This document shows positions 13,153 to 26,159 of a stretch of DNA of 64,000 bases, in pieces (positions within the stretch are counted from its first letter, which is position 1; each line of letters opens with the position of its first letter). Origin of the DNA: the human T2T-CHM13v2.0 reference genome, Homo sapiens. Under the pieces are notes generated by a model. The model had not been told where the DNA came from, did not search any database, and was given only the letters and a program-made list of their open reading frames with translations. Position numbers and translations under genes: made by a program. The DNA is taken from the NCBI RefSeq assembly GCF_009914755.1, contig NC_060929.1; one strand, written 5' to 3'.

Positions 13153-13314
13153 TAACTGTCATCAATTTGGTATGAAAAATAAATTGACTATGGCAATACA
13201 GAGTGAAGAAGATGCAATAAAAAATAAATTGTGATAGACAAGTCATTTACACTAAAAATACAACTATCTCTAGTTCCTCTCTTTAGCTTTCACATTTTAT
13301 CCTTCTATTGTCTT

Positions 13315-13860
13315 ATCCAGTTAATACGAAAATATTTGTGAAATACCAAGGCAAGGATTGGGTGTATAATCAGGTAATAAGTTTTATCGGTTTCTTAATG
13401 GATTATAATCTGGTTAGAGACATAACCAACCTCCAATGAAGTGACATTTAGAATGAGACCTAAAATATAAATAGGAAATGGGCAGTCTAAGAGTTCTAGG
13501 CAGAAACTATAGAATATAAAGTGGTCCTAGAGGAAAAAATAAAGGGATGTAAACAGGAAGTTCACCTTGGAGCAAAACATAGCACTAGATGAGATTGAGA
13601 TATTTACCAGCAGCAAATCATAAAGGACCTTGAATACCACACTAGGAGCTTTGTATTTTTTTCTAAGTGCAACAGGAAACCATCAGAGTAGCTTCCATGG
13701 AAGACTGACATGATGATATTTGCATTTTAGAATGATTTCTCTGACAGCTGTATTGGAAGTGGATTAGAGAAAGCAATAAATGGATGCTAGGGATACAAAT
13801 GAGGTGAAGAAGCCTAGTGCATTTGTACAGGGGAGAAAATCTAAGATCATGACAGCTAGC
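13315..13860 (-). mobile_element. L2 fragment
   Basis: gtgacatttagaatgagacct, gacatgatgatatttgcattttagaatgatttctctgacagctg. Confidence 0.75.
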
Positions 13861-14019
13861 TAAAGATCACCATAAAAATAATCACCTACATCAACGCACT
13901 ACAACCTCTCCATTTTAAGCAGCATTTTTCCCTTTTTCTTTTACTATTTTAATTTGCTTTCTTATTCTTTGTTATTTTTTTCATATTCCTTTCAATGAAA
14001 AGATTCTTAATATGTATGT

Positions 14020-14175
14020 GTTATAGATCCCTATGAAGACATGATGGAAACAGTATTTCTTTGTTCAGAAAATGATTCTTTAATGAACATACACAAAAAC
14101 TTCTCCACTAAAATTTAGAAGATTCTTAAAATAGCTAAAATCTATATGTAAAACCATAAGTAAACAATACCTGAA
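14020..14175. mobile_element. Possible hAT-Charlie MITE fragment
   Basis: gatccctatgaagacatgatggaaac...cagaaaatg...acacaaaaact; highly diverged. Confidence 0.3.
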
Positions 14176-16079
14176 CCACAAGGTAAAGTTTGGTAAATGT
14201 GCTCATTAGGTAAGTAGAATCAGGAGTATTTTTTTAGTGTTCGTATCATAAAGGTCATCTGCATTAATCAAGGATGTAGGCAGAGGAGTGAGTTAAAATG
14301 GGAAATACAGGTAATAACTTGAGAAATATTAATAGATCTTTGCTTTTTTTTTTTTTGCTAGAGAGCCTGAGGCATCTAATTATTGGAGGTTTCTTTTTTT
14401 TGGAAGAGATTGGGCAGGGAAAAAGAAGGGAATACTTTAGAGTTGTTTTAGTAGGAACAAAGAGAAAAAATGTTGACATTTTGATGCAAAGTAAGATTCA
14501 ATATGCTTAATATGTTAATATTTTAATGTACCAATTCTGATATCTACAATATTATTTTATAGGACAACCACACACTTGTAAGTAAAGCTTTTATAGAAAG
14601 AAATGATTTCTGAATTTCATCATCATATCAATCATCAGCACTGACCGGCTCAGACTAAGTTTCAGCATTAATGTAGAAAACATAGCATTTGTACCCATGG
14701 TGCAAGCCGTGAGGGCCTCTGCCCTCGAGGAAGAGGATATAAAATAGATTAATCCCAATTAAGAATGGAAAAGAGAGCAAAATAAAGTTATTCCTCTTTT
14801 AGCAAAGAGTCATGAAATAAGAATGAGAGAGAGAGAAGAGAGGAAAGACACAAGGCAGAGATCTCTGATCTTTGGTCTTTGGCATAATGTGATGAAAGTG
14901 GATTAGGTTACTTTAAGAAAAGTGACAAGTTCGAAGTCTTTTGCTTGAACTCATATTATGTTTAAGACTCTTGAAAGAGATCACTTCACAGTCTTCCCCA
15001 CATTAGCCTGAACATGGGCATCAACGTAAAATACTTGGTATACCATGTTGAGGCCTAGAAGGTCCTGGGGATTTCTTCTCCACAGTTCACAAGTATCATG
15101 AAAAAGAAGTTTCTGCTTGTCCCTCAGGAAACTGTAGTATTTGGCTGAGTGTCTACCCCATACCTTACTGGAGGGAATTTCCACTGTAATGTCAAAGTGG
15201 TGACACAATGGAGGACTGCAAATCTGACAACCAAGGCTGAGTACATGAGAATCTAAGCCAGTACTTAAAAGAGTCCACAGCAGCAGTAGCACAAGGAAAG
15301 CAAATTTTGAAAGTATGAAACTGGATGAAGCAGAGAGTTCAGACCATGAATTATATCTGCTTCAAGCTTCAGAAACTGATTTTCATCTAATTTTCAGAAA
15401 AGATGCGAGTCACAATGTATATTAAGAATATGGAACACAAATCAGAAGTATTTTCTTTTTGTTAGCAAATACAGTCCAATGGAGTACCCAAACTTGGAGA
15501 AGATGAAAGGGGTTCTTAAAGATTGGAAAATATTCCAAAAGAGATAGAGTTACTTAAAAAGACTGCTCAAATTGCAATATTAAACTAAAATTACCAAACT
15601 GAACCAAAATTTAGATTATCTTCTATTGAAGAAAATTAAATTATATTTTGGAAAATGAAGAAATACTATTTTTGATACACATTTGGGAGGAATATGAATA
15701 AATCTTTGAAACTATTTAATTGCTTTACAACCCACTAAACAATTTATGTTTTTTTCCTGTTGCGTGGACAGTACTGATCATAGAAGAATTCAGACAAGAA
15801 AATCTAGTGTATTGAAACAGAGAATTTGACCAAATGTAACAGAATGTCTGTCTGCATCTAATCCATGAACATAACAACTCTGAACTCTAGGAACAAGGCA
15901 TCTATCTTAGGAAGATGACTTTATGATTAGAAAAATTGTAAAAGTATAAATAATAATTAGGGGTAGAACAACACATGGTTTAATTAGCTCTTTCCTGGTT
16001 AAAGAAAAAACTTGGAAGAAATTGGGTGGAGTTGTGCTACAGATACAGTATGAGGAAATTAGGGATGAAATTTGAATTA

Positions 16080-16345
16080 TGGGTATAACTAGATAGGAGA
16101 AATAAGTCCTAGTGTTTTAAATCACTAGAGGATGGTGATGGTTAACAATAATATATATTATGTGGTTTCAAATATCCAGGAGGCTATTAAATGTTCCCAT
16201 CACAAAGAAATGATAAATGTTTGAGATGATGGGTATGCTAATACCCTGATCTGATTACTATATACTATATGTATCAAAACATCAGTACATACCCCCATAA
16301 ATATGTACAATTAATAAATGTAAATTTAAAAATAAAATTTTAAAA
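16080..16345 (+). mobile_element. L1MA 3' end
   Basis: agataggagaaataagtcctagtg...cacaaagaaatgataaatgtttgagatgatggg...A-rich tail. Confidence 0.85.
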
Positions 16346-17539
16346 TTACATTTTGTAGGAAAAGATTAACATTTACCCTTATGATTACAAATGTCTAAGG
16401 AGGTCATATACCTGTTGTTCATTGTTATTTTTGTTATTTTGTTTTGTTTGCACTGACTATAGGTTGAAGTTAGCCAAGGAAACAGTTTACGTTAAATTGC
16501 ATATCTATTATGTCTCACTTGATTCACCATTGTGCACCACTGGCTGGAAACACCCATAGATTGAGAAATTATAAAAAGTCTTTTTTCTTTTTAATAAAAA
16601 CACATATACAACCTGTTAATTAGTGCTCTTTCCATCCCCTTAATATTCAAAAGGGTTTGGCCTACTAGGAATGGCTTGATTGGCATACTTTTAAATTTTC
16701 ACATAAAGTTCAACTTGGTATCTGACAATAAGATGCAACCCTCTTATGAATATAAGACATAGGCATTTCATGTGACGTCATTTGTTTATATGATGCGCTG
16801 TGCTAATATATGTCTTAATCATAAAGCTTATCAAGGAAAAACAGAATTGGCTACAGAAAATAACATGAAGTGACACAAATAAAAAGGTGTCTGAAAAAGA
16901 TTATATTAGCATGTTCTATTTCCATACTGCCCACTCATCCTATACTGCATCTTCCATTGTTTTATCTACTTTTACTTACAAATCCAGAGAAGCCAGAAAC
17001 TTACGGTTAGTTCCATCACCCAGCGCCCCTGATTATAAAGTTCACTCTTTGGAGAGAAATTGTATTAATTTCAACGTTTTGAAGATGATCTTACATAGAA
17101 CAAATTTTTGTTATATATGCAATATAGCCTAACCTGGGAACAAAATTAAGGGTTACAAACTAGTTTATATGATTAAGTCTTCCTATGACATGTAAGGGAT
17201 AAGAATAAGGACACTCTAGAAACAAACGCACTTCAGATTAAGTGTTTTCCAGACAGAAAACTGAAAGAAAAAAACATAGTTATGTTCCCATTCCTCTCTA
17301 TTCTACCACCGCAGATCTATTATGCTATCTTAAGCATTTAAACAAAAACACGGAAACTCAGGGAAATCTCTCCTTGGCCCTATCACCCAATGTTTCAGGG
17401 GAGACAGCACTGACATCAGAATTTAGATATGAATGACCAGTGCTTTGGCAATATTGTGGGCTAAATAGAACTTTCTATGTGGCATGAGACAATGTCATCC
17501 AGCCAACCAGCCACTTAGTCCAGAAAGGGAAGAATTTTT

Positions 17540-17760
17540 CTAGATTTCATCTTCAGCCTTCAATATCTAATTGCCCTCATTTCTTTCAAAAATTACAAAA
17601 TATTTCATTTTACTTTACTGGTACTGCCTTTGTTCATGTTCTCACCTTTGCTAACTTTGCCTATTGATAAGCCTCTTAACTGGTCTTTGTGCTTTCAAAC
17701 TTCTCCCCGTAGAAACATTGATTATTAACTATTTGTTGTCATCATCTAAAAATATTTATC
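17540..17760 (+). mobile_element. L2 fragment (5' part)
   Basis: agcctcttaactggtctttgtgctttc motif. Confidence 0.5.
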
Positions 17761-17789
17761 TTTTTTTAATCTAAAAAGATTTTTTTTTA

Positions 17790-18502
17790 GGTTCACAATG
17801 CTTAAAGAAAAGGAGAATAACATAAACAAACCTTACAAGAAATACACTTAATAGGCAAGGTACATTAACCACATAGTGAGTGAGTTCCAAAACCATTAAA
17901 GTCTACTTGCTCAATTAGGATGGAAGCAGGCTTCTGTGGCAAGTAAAGTCTAATTAAAGTTTGAGGTGTGTCTTTATATAATACAAGCAGTTCTCAGGAG
18001 GAGTTGGCTTGACCACCGCAGCAGAGATCTGGGACGACACGTGAGGTTCCCTGATGTTAGGGGGCTGTGCAGGTGTCAGCAGGAGAGACTTTGGAGATTA
18101 ACTCCAAGGCTAACAGGGTGACACCCTGTCGCAACCTGAGCTCTTGGTGTTCAGTGGAGTAGCTGACAGAATACAGCCTGTCACAGCATACACTCTTGGT
18201 CTTCAGAGAAGTGGCCGACAGAGTGTAGCCCTGACATGAACTAAGCTCTCAAAGTGTCTGTCAAATTCTGGAGTTTATATGTATTTTTGAAATCCAGTAG
18301 TTGAGGTCAGTAACTCACATAAGGGGGGGTCTGATAAGGTTTGACTTAACATTCCCTGAAGGAGGGAGGAGTTCACTCCAAGTTCTCATACATGGGATCT
18401 GATAAGAAGTCACACTTTAAAAGAGGGGGAAATACTCTCCGAAACAAAAATATCACATATCAAGCTATGTAAGTGCTTGGAGTCATTTCAAAGCTACCTA
18501 CA
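17790..18502 (-). mobile_element. Probable ERV LTR, family not identified, inserted in L2
   Basis: GC-richer block interrupting L2; minus strand starts TGTAGG; TATA-like tataaa near 18275; internal 52-bp tandem units. Confidence 0.45.
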
Positions 18503-18504
18503 AT

Positions 18505-18965
18505 ATCATTTTCCTTCAGCATAAAACTTCTGGATGACTCCTCAATCTCCTGTGCACATAAGACCATTATCTGGTCTAAGCTTTTGCCAGTTTTCCTTTT
18601 TCTTAATTATAAACAAGTATTTTCCACAAATATGTCAATATGCGTAGTCTCCAATGCCATTGTATGTGCTCTTTGTTTTGTCTGGTGTGCTCTTTCTCAA
18701 TGTTTTCCTATTCAGGTCTACCTGTGATATTCCACAGGCTTTCAAGAGTCACGTCACCATTGATTTTCCAGTACAGATTTCTGTGTTAGTCTAAGTAGAT
18801 AGAGCACCTGCATGTTGACTGAATTGTTGACATGTTTTGTACTAAACTGCAAAAGAGCAGTTTTAAGAGCCAGAATAAAACCTTTTCAGTTGTTTATTAG
18901 CAGTATTTAGCAAAGTTACTAAGTATAAACTTAAAATTAGTTGTTGAAGTGAATAAGTGAGTGAA
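18505..18965 (+). mobile_element. L2 3' part
   Basis: Ends gttgttgaagtgaataagtgagtgaa. Confidence 0.55.
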
Positions 18966-19016
18966 CTTAATTTCTGTTACTTTGATGAGAAACATGCATT
19001 TAGAGTTCTAAGTCAG

Positions 19017-19285
19017 GGTCAGGTGCCATGGCTCACACCTGTAATCCCAGTGCTTTGGGAGGCTAAGGCAGGAGGATTGCTTGAAGCCAGGAGTTTCAGA
19101 TGAGCCTGGGCAACAGAGTGAGATCCTATCTCTACAAAAAAAATTTTTTTAAGTTATCCAGGTGTGGTGGTATTTACCTGTAGTCCTAGCTACTTGGGAG
19201 ATGGGAAGAGCCCTTGAGCCTAGGAGGTCAAGATTACAGTGAGCTATGATTGTGCCAGCCTGGATGACTGTCTCTCCAGCCTGGG
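19017..19285 (+). mobile_element. AluJ, 5' portion, interrupted by THE1C
   Basis: AluJ diagnostics (ggaggattgcttga, gagctatgatt); TSD agttctaagtca at 19004. Confidence 0.9.
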
Positions 19286-19627
19286 TGTATTAGTCTGTTT
19301 TCACACTGCTGATAAACACATACCTGAGACTGGGAAGAAAAAGAGTTTTAATTGGACTTACAGTTCCACATGACTGGAGAGGCCTCAGAATCATGGTGGG
19401 AGGTGAAAGGCACTTCTTACATGATGGCGGCAAGAGAAAACGAGGAAGAAGCAAAAGCAGAAACCCCTGATAAGCCCCTCAAATCTCATGAGACTTATTC
19501 ACTATCATAAGAATAGCATGGGAAGGACCAGCCCCCATGATTTAATCACCACCCTCTGGTCTCTCCCACAACACATGGGAATTCTCAGAGATGGAATTCA
19601 ACTTGAGGACACAGCCAAACCACATCA
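19286..19627 (-). mobile_element. THE1C 3' LTR
   Basis: gggaagaaaaagagttttaattggacttacagttccac; ends gccaaaccacatca. Confidence 0.9.
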
Positions 19628-21189
19628 TTCTGCCCCGGCCCCTCCAAATCTCATGACCTCACATTTTAAAACCAATCATGCCTCCCCAACAGTCCCTCAT
19701 AGTCTTAACTCATTTCAGCATTAATTCAAAAGACCACAGTCCAAAGTCTCACATGAGACAATGCAAGTGCCTTCCACCTATGAGCCTGTAAAATCAAAAG
19801 CAAGCTAGTTACTTCCTAGATACAATGGGGGTACAGGTATTGGGTAAATATAGCCATTCCAAATGGAAAAAATTGGCCAAAACAAAGGTGTCACAGGCCC
19901 CATGCAAGTCCGAAATCCAGCAGGGTAAGCCAAATTTTAAAGTTCCAAAATGATCTCCTTTGACTCCAGGTCTCACATCCAGGTCATGCTGATGCAAGAG
20001 GTGGGTTCCCATGGTCTTGGGCAGTTCCACCCCTGTGGCTTTGCAAGGTACAGCCTCGCTCCCAGCTGCTTTCACAGGCTGGTGTTGAATGTCTGCAGCT
20101 TTTCTAGGTACATGGTATAAGCTGTTGGTGGATCTAACATTCTGGGGTCTGGAGGATGGTGGCCCTTTTCTCACAGCTCCATTAGGCAGTGCCCCAGTAA
20201 GGACACTGTGTGGGTGCTCCGACCCCACATTTCCCTTCTACATTGCCCTAGCAGAGTTTCTCAAGAGGGCCCACCTCTTCAGCAAACTTTTGCCTGGGCA
20301 TCCAGGCATTTTCATACATTTTCTGAAATCTGGGCAGAGGTTACCAAACCTCAATTCTTGACTTCTGTGCACCTGCAGGCTCAATACTACATGGAAACTG
20401 TCAAGGTTTGGGGCTTACATCCACTGAAGCCAAAGCCCAAGCTGTACGTTGGCTCCTTTCAGCCATGGCTGGAGCAGCTGGGACACAGGGCACCAAGTCC
20501 CTAGGCTGCATACATCATGGAAACCCTGGGCCTAGCCCATGAAACCACTTTTTCCTCCTGGGCCTCGAGGCCTGTGATGGGAGGGTTTGCCATGAAGGTC
20601 TCTTACATGGCCTGGAGATATTTTTCCCATGGTCTTGGGGATTAACATTAGGCTCCTTGCTACTTATGCAAATTTCTGCAGCTGGCATGAATTTCTCTTC
20701 AGAAAATGGGATTTTCTTTCTACTGCATTGTCAGACTGCAAATTTTCTAAACTTTTATGCTCTGTTTACTTTTAAAATGGAATGCTTTTAACGGCACCCA
20801 TGTCATCTTTTGAATGCTTTGCTGCTTAAAAATTTCTTCTGCTAGATACTCTAAATTACATCTCTCAAGTTCAAAGTTCCACAAATCTGTAGGCCGGGGC
20901 AGTCTCTTTGCTAAAACATAACAAAAGTCACCTTTGCTCTAGTTCCCAACAAGTACCTCATCTCCATCTGAGACCAGCTCAGCCTGGATCTTATTGTTCA
21001 TATCACTATCAGCATTTTCATCAAAGCCATTCAACAAGTCTCTAGGAAGTCCAAACTTTCCCACATTTTCCTGTCTTCTTCTGAGACCTCCAAACTGTTC
21101 CAACCTGTGCCTGTTACCCAGTTCCAAAGTCACTTCCACATTTTTGGGTATCCTCTTTGCAACGCTTCACTCTACTGATACCAATTCAC
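19628..21189 (-). mobile_element. THE1C internal region (about 1.56 kb)
   Basis: Typical MaLR-int sequence between two LTRs; disrupted internal ORF remnants. Confidence 0.92.
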
Positions 21190-21854
21190 TATTTAGTCTG
21201 TTTTCACACTGGTGATAAAGACATACCCAAGACTTGGAAGAAAAAGAGGTTTAATTGGACTTAGAGTTTCACATGACTGGCGAGGCCTCACAATCATGAT
21301 GGGAGGCAAAAAGCACGTCTTTTTTTTTTTTCCCCGAGATGGAGTCTTCCCTGTCACCCAGGCTGGAGTGTAGTGATGCGATTTTGGCTCACTGCAACCC
21401 ATGCCTCCTGGGTTCAAGCAATTCTACTGCATCAGCCTCCTGCATAGCTGGGACTACAGGCACCCACCACCATGCCTGGCTAATTTTTGTATTTCTAGTA
21501 GAGATAGGGTTTCACCATGTTGGCCAGACTTGTCTCAAACTCCTGACCTCAAGTGATCCATCTACCTCAGCCTCCCAAAGTGCTGGGATTACAGTTGTGA
21601 GCCACTGCACCCGGACCAAAAGCACTTCTTATATGGGGGCAGCAAGAGAAACTGAGGAAGAAGCAAAAGTAAAAACCATTGATAAACCCATCAGATCTTG
21701 TGAGGCTTATTCCCTATCATGAAGAGAATAGAATGGGAAAGACTGGCCTCTGTGATTCAATTACCTCCTCCTGTTTCCCTCCCACAACACTTGGGAATTC
21801 TGGGAGACACAATTCAAGTTGAGATTTGGGTGGGGACCCAGTCAAACCATATCA
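21190..21854 (-). mobile_element. THE1C 5' LTR (split by an Alu)
   Basis: Homologous to 19286-19627; ends caaaccatatca; TSD ctggg/ccggg. Confidence 0.9.
21322..21617 (-). mobile_element. AluS (Sz-like) inside the THE1C LTR
   Basis: TSD aaaagcac(g/t)tctt at 21309 and 21618. Confidence 0.93.
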
Positions 21855-21859
21855 CCGGG

Positions 21860-21915
21860 CAAGCCCTACCTCTTAAAAAAAATTATTAAAAAAAGCTAAA
21901 TTAAAGTAAAAATTA
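21860..21915 (+). mobile_element. AluJ 3' remainder and tail
   Basis: caagccctacctcttaaaaaaaa... followed by TSD agctctaagtca at 21916. Confidence 0.8.
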
Positions 21916-23247
21916 AGCTCTAAGTCACTGGTTTATGCAATTTTAGGGACCTAACCCTTTGTAAGTTGTCTTTGTTCTTTCCTTAAATTTTTTAGTTAAA
22001 TATTTGTAATTCAATTTAGAGCACACTAATTGAAAACTGTTTATGTAACACATGCTGTATGGTTGTGAGGAAACCATCCTTGCCCTTAGTGCTCACAATC
22101 TCATTTACATGCCAAAAAAGAAGGACTCATAAATGCAAGGACACATTGAATCAAAACAGTTTAATTCTGACTGAAGCCCCTTTAATCTACATTCTCTATA
22201 ATGCAGCCAATTAGTTGCTGTGCTTTCTGTTTTGACATTGCATTAGCTTTTCTGGCATAAGTCTGTAGTAATTATTTGATTCTATGATCTCCATGAAATA
22301 TGAAATGAAAAACAACATAAAATAGAAATATAAATACCCTAGATGTCAAGGTGATTCAGTTTTGTTATTTCAACAATGACCATGATGACACAGAATTATT
22401 TTGAAATAAGGGAATGGAAATCCTACTGATGGCACATATGCACATATGTTTTTTGATGTCAGTCTAAGAAGCAGCAGAAATATATGCATGCAGCACATAT
22501 GCAGGCCCTTTCTTCTTCATTTCCCTGGAGAAAAAGGTGGAATTTAGCCTGTCAGTGACATGTGTGATGTGGTTGTCATAAAAATAAATCTGTATGCAAT
22601 GTGCCCAGAATATCAACCATTTTTAATAGCAATTATAAAATTAAATTATTATTATTTTTAGGGTGTCAAGGTGGCAGAAAGTGCTTACTTCTGGAAAAAT
22701 ATACCAAACTTATTTTCTTCTCATTTCTTATATGAAGTGCACACTAACACACACACAGTGCTAGTGCACATGTACAAAAAATTTATACACTTGTTTTCTT
22801 ATCATGCTAGACTTCTTTCCCTTTTCTTTTGGTCTGACTTTATTCCCCTGTGGTCCTCGGCAGGTCTACATCTTGCCTTTGATAACGTAGAAGAGATTTA
22901 CTTCGTTTTAACAACTCTTTGTTGTCTACTTTATGTTCACAATCCATGGTTTTGAGGAATTGTGTAAGACAGATAAGACATAATGGTAGGCTGGTTCGTA
23001 GAATCTAAGTGTGGAGACAGAACAGACAAATAATATTTTACAATGTTATTTTGTTTTAAACCTCCAAATTTGTTGCAGATATATTAATTTGCATGCTCTT
23101 CACAATTACTTTGCATATTGTCTTATATATACTGAAAGTGCCCACCCACACAGACAGCTGCCTACTCAGATAGTAAATCGACAAAGTCACATTCCTGAGG
23201 TGAATGACAGAGGTTAGTACTGCTTTCAAATGCTTGAGTATCCCCTC

Positions 23248-23603
23248 TGTATTAGTCCATTCTCATGCTGCTATGAAGAAATACCCAAGACTGGATAATT
23301 TATAAAAGAAAGAGGTTTAATTGACTCACGGTTCCGCAGGACTGAGGAGGCCTCAGACAACTTACAACCATGGCGGAAGGGGAAGAAACATGGTGGCAGG
23401 AAGGAGAAGAATGAGAGAAGTGGAGAGTGAAGGGGGTAAAAACCCCTCACAAAACCATCAGATCTCATGAGAACTCACTCACTATTATGAGAACAGGAAC
23501 TGCCCCCATGATTCAATCACCCCCCACAGAGTCCCTCCCTTGACAGTCGGGGTTATTACAATTCAAGATGAGATTTGGGTGGGGACACAGCCAAATCATA
23601 CCA
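23248..23603 (-). mobile_element. THE1D solo LTR
   Basis: Complete LTR; 5-bp TSD ccctc/ccctt. Confidence 0.9.
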
Positions 23604-23966
23604 CCCTTCAAAATGAAGAACACATTAAAGACAATGATTATCAACTAGAAACAGAGGACAAATTGCAGCAACAAGAGTTGTAGTTTGTTTCACAAACTCT
23701 TCTGTGGAAAGTCTTTTCTGAAATTGTGGTGAACAAAGAACATCACATTTTTATGTAAAGAAAAATCCTTGAGTATTATCAGCTATTTTATTTAAAATAT
23801 TTCATTAACTTGGAGAAAATAATGTGTTACATTTATTTTTGCATGTTTATTTTAGTTCTGTGACTTTTTTGTTTGTTTTGTGTTTAGCAAAAATTTGACA
23901 TAATGAAGCAGCTATAGCAATATGTTTAGTAACTTAGTGTTTTCTAGACTGTGAAAACATTCTAAT

Positions 23967-24126
23967 CAGCCTTGACAACACAGCAAGACCCTATCTCTAA
24001 AAATATAAAAACGTTAGCTGGGAGTGGTGAAATGTGCCTGTATTCCCAATTACTTGGGAGTCCAAGGCAGAAGGTTCACTGAAGGTTAAGAGTTTGAGGC
24101 CGAAATGAACTGTGATTGCACCACTG
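23967..24126 (+). mobile_element. AluJ-like fragment truncated at both ends
   Basis: Runs from cagcc (about consensus nt 86) to ccactg; flanked by aaaa(c/t)attctaat. Confidence 0.85.
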
Positions 24127-24389
24127 AAAAAATATTCTAATATTTTATCTAGAATTCTGGTTCAGTCTCAGTTTACATTTGATTAATAAACTCTGAATTA
24201 GGTATTTTGGGGTATAAAAATCATAAAATAGCCAAGCTGAGACTATATCATATTTTTAATTTCATTAAAAGAAAAAGTAGTATACCTGTAAATTTCTTTG
24301 AATACTATTTGAATACAGATTTGAGAAAATCTGCGTAAACCCAATAATTCAAAGAACATTTGAGTAAGGGAGAGTTCCTATTCAAGGAA

Positions 24390-24832
24390 TTGAGTAACCA
24401 GATATGCTTTACCAATTTCTGTGTTCCTTGATTACCCAAAGCTACCCACTTTTCAAGTCAACTGCCCTTGGGCAAATGAAAGCTACATCTCTCATTTGAA
24501 AGAAGCTTCATAGCTTCCTCCTCTTGCTCTGAGGCAACCCTGAGCCAATAATCCATCTATACAAAGGGTAGAAAAGATCCACCCCCTTGCCTCATGACAG
24601 TCCAAACTCTATGGTGTGACTTATGCTTCCAAACTGAGCTTCCCTGAGTGAATAAACTGAAGCTAGTCTCTAACTTAAATAACCTGCTTACCATGCTTTT
24701 TTCCTTCCTGTACTTTGCCTCCCTCAGTCCCCTACTGCTGAGAACACTCCTCTAGTTCATCACTTGACCAGTTCATTGTTGACAAGAATCTCCTTTCTAG
24801 GCTCTACTTCTAGGGAGCCTTATCTGAGGTAA
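24390..24832 (+). mobile_element. LTR16 (ERVL) solo LTR
   Basis: cccccttgcctcatgacag...aactctatggtgtgacttatgcttcc; end aggctctacttctagggagcc. Confidence 0.7.
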
Positions 24833-26159
24833 ATTTCTACCACAAACTTAAAAAGAAAGTGCTATCTCCACTTTAGAGTAAGCCAGTCAAGCCTCCCAGA
24901 CTGACCAACTATAAAGGGTATGATTAGTAACACTTTAGTACTCAGAATGGCATCAGACTATAGGTGTTACTTGAGTTACTAATAGATATTTTAGGAAACA
25001 TTTACTCTAAGACTTTTTATATCACCTGAATCCAAAAGGAAAAGGCAAGTTACTAAGCCTCATAATTTTGATAATTATTATTTTCTGCACTTAGAACTTA
25101 TGAAGAAAGAGAATTATGACCACCAATAAACACTCAAAAATCAGATCAGTTCCTGTGAAGCACGCTTTTTCCAAATTCTTTGACTTTTAGTTGTAGAACT
25201 ATGTTAGGTCGTTTATTGTGGGCAATTTGTGGGTAAATAATTTTATTTATGTTATTAATAATAAAATGTTTTTAATCAAAGTATCTCTTAAGAAGAAAAG
25301 GAGAAAATGTAAAAGACAGAAACATAGGATTAAAATTAAGGGGAAAAAATGCAACTACAGCTGCAATTAGGGACTGAAAGCAACAAGATTATACCCACTG
25401 AACGAAAAACAAAAGTCATTTATATCAGGGAGACTTTTACTTTGTTATTTCTTCTTTATTCTAATACAACAGGATGTAAACGGTCTTTGAACACTAAGCA
25501 AACTTATGTTATCAACTTGAACTTTTAGTTAAGAAGGAAACAAAATAATGAGAATTTTACCTACACAATAACTATTACAAAACTTTATTAAATTCTCTCT
25601 AGAATTTTATCTTATACATTACGTTTCCTCATTCTCTATGGAAACTAGTTTTACTAATTAAGAACTCAGTTATTAGATATTTATAAATATCTCTATATTA
25701 TATATCACTAAAATAAAGCATTTAGCACTAGAACATGCTATTTTCTGCATTAAGTCATTCTAAATTAAATTGTATAATATTCCTTTTCTTTACTAATTAA
25801 GGCATTTGTTAAACTTGGATAATTTTAAGGTAACAAGGAGAACCTAATGGACTTCTATTGGATTTTTTCCATTAAGTTAACATTATAGACTTTTAATGAA
25901 TGTCCTAATTAGATACTATTATTAACAGGGTTGATGCACAAATGAAAATCAGTCTCAATGTATGCAATATGCTTCATTAGCATTCACTGCAGGATACTGA
26001 CCAAAAACCTTAATTAAAAATATGTCTGATCCTCCCATGTATAACTGCCCATTCAATAAAGTGCATGCATCCGGAAATGCATAAATAAATCAACATAGAA
26101 ATAGCATTTGAACTAAATTTTATAAACTTTCCCTTCATTAGTGACTAATTTTTCTTGTA

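Noticed and set aside
14981-15292. 103-aa ORF with a signal-peptide-like N-terminus
   Set aside because: GTG start, no recognisable domain, no supporting exon structure
18125-18250. CRISPR-like periodic repeat
   Set aside because: Contiguous diverged tandem units without unique spacers, in primate DNA with no cas genes
19809-20504. ORFs of 90-139 aa
   Set aside because: Lie inside the THE1C internal region; fragmented MaLR remnants, not a host gene
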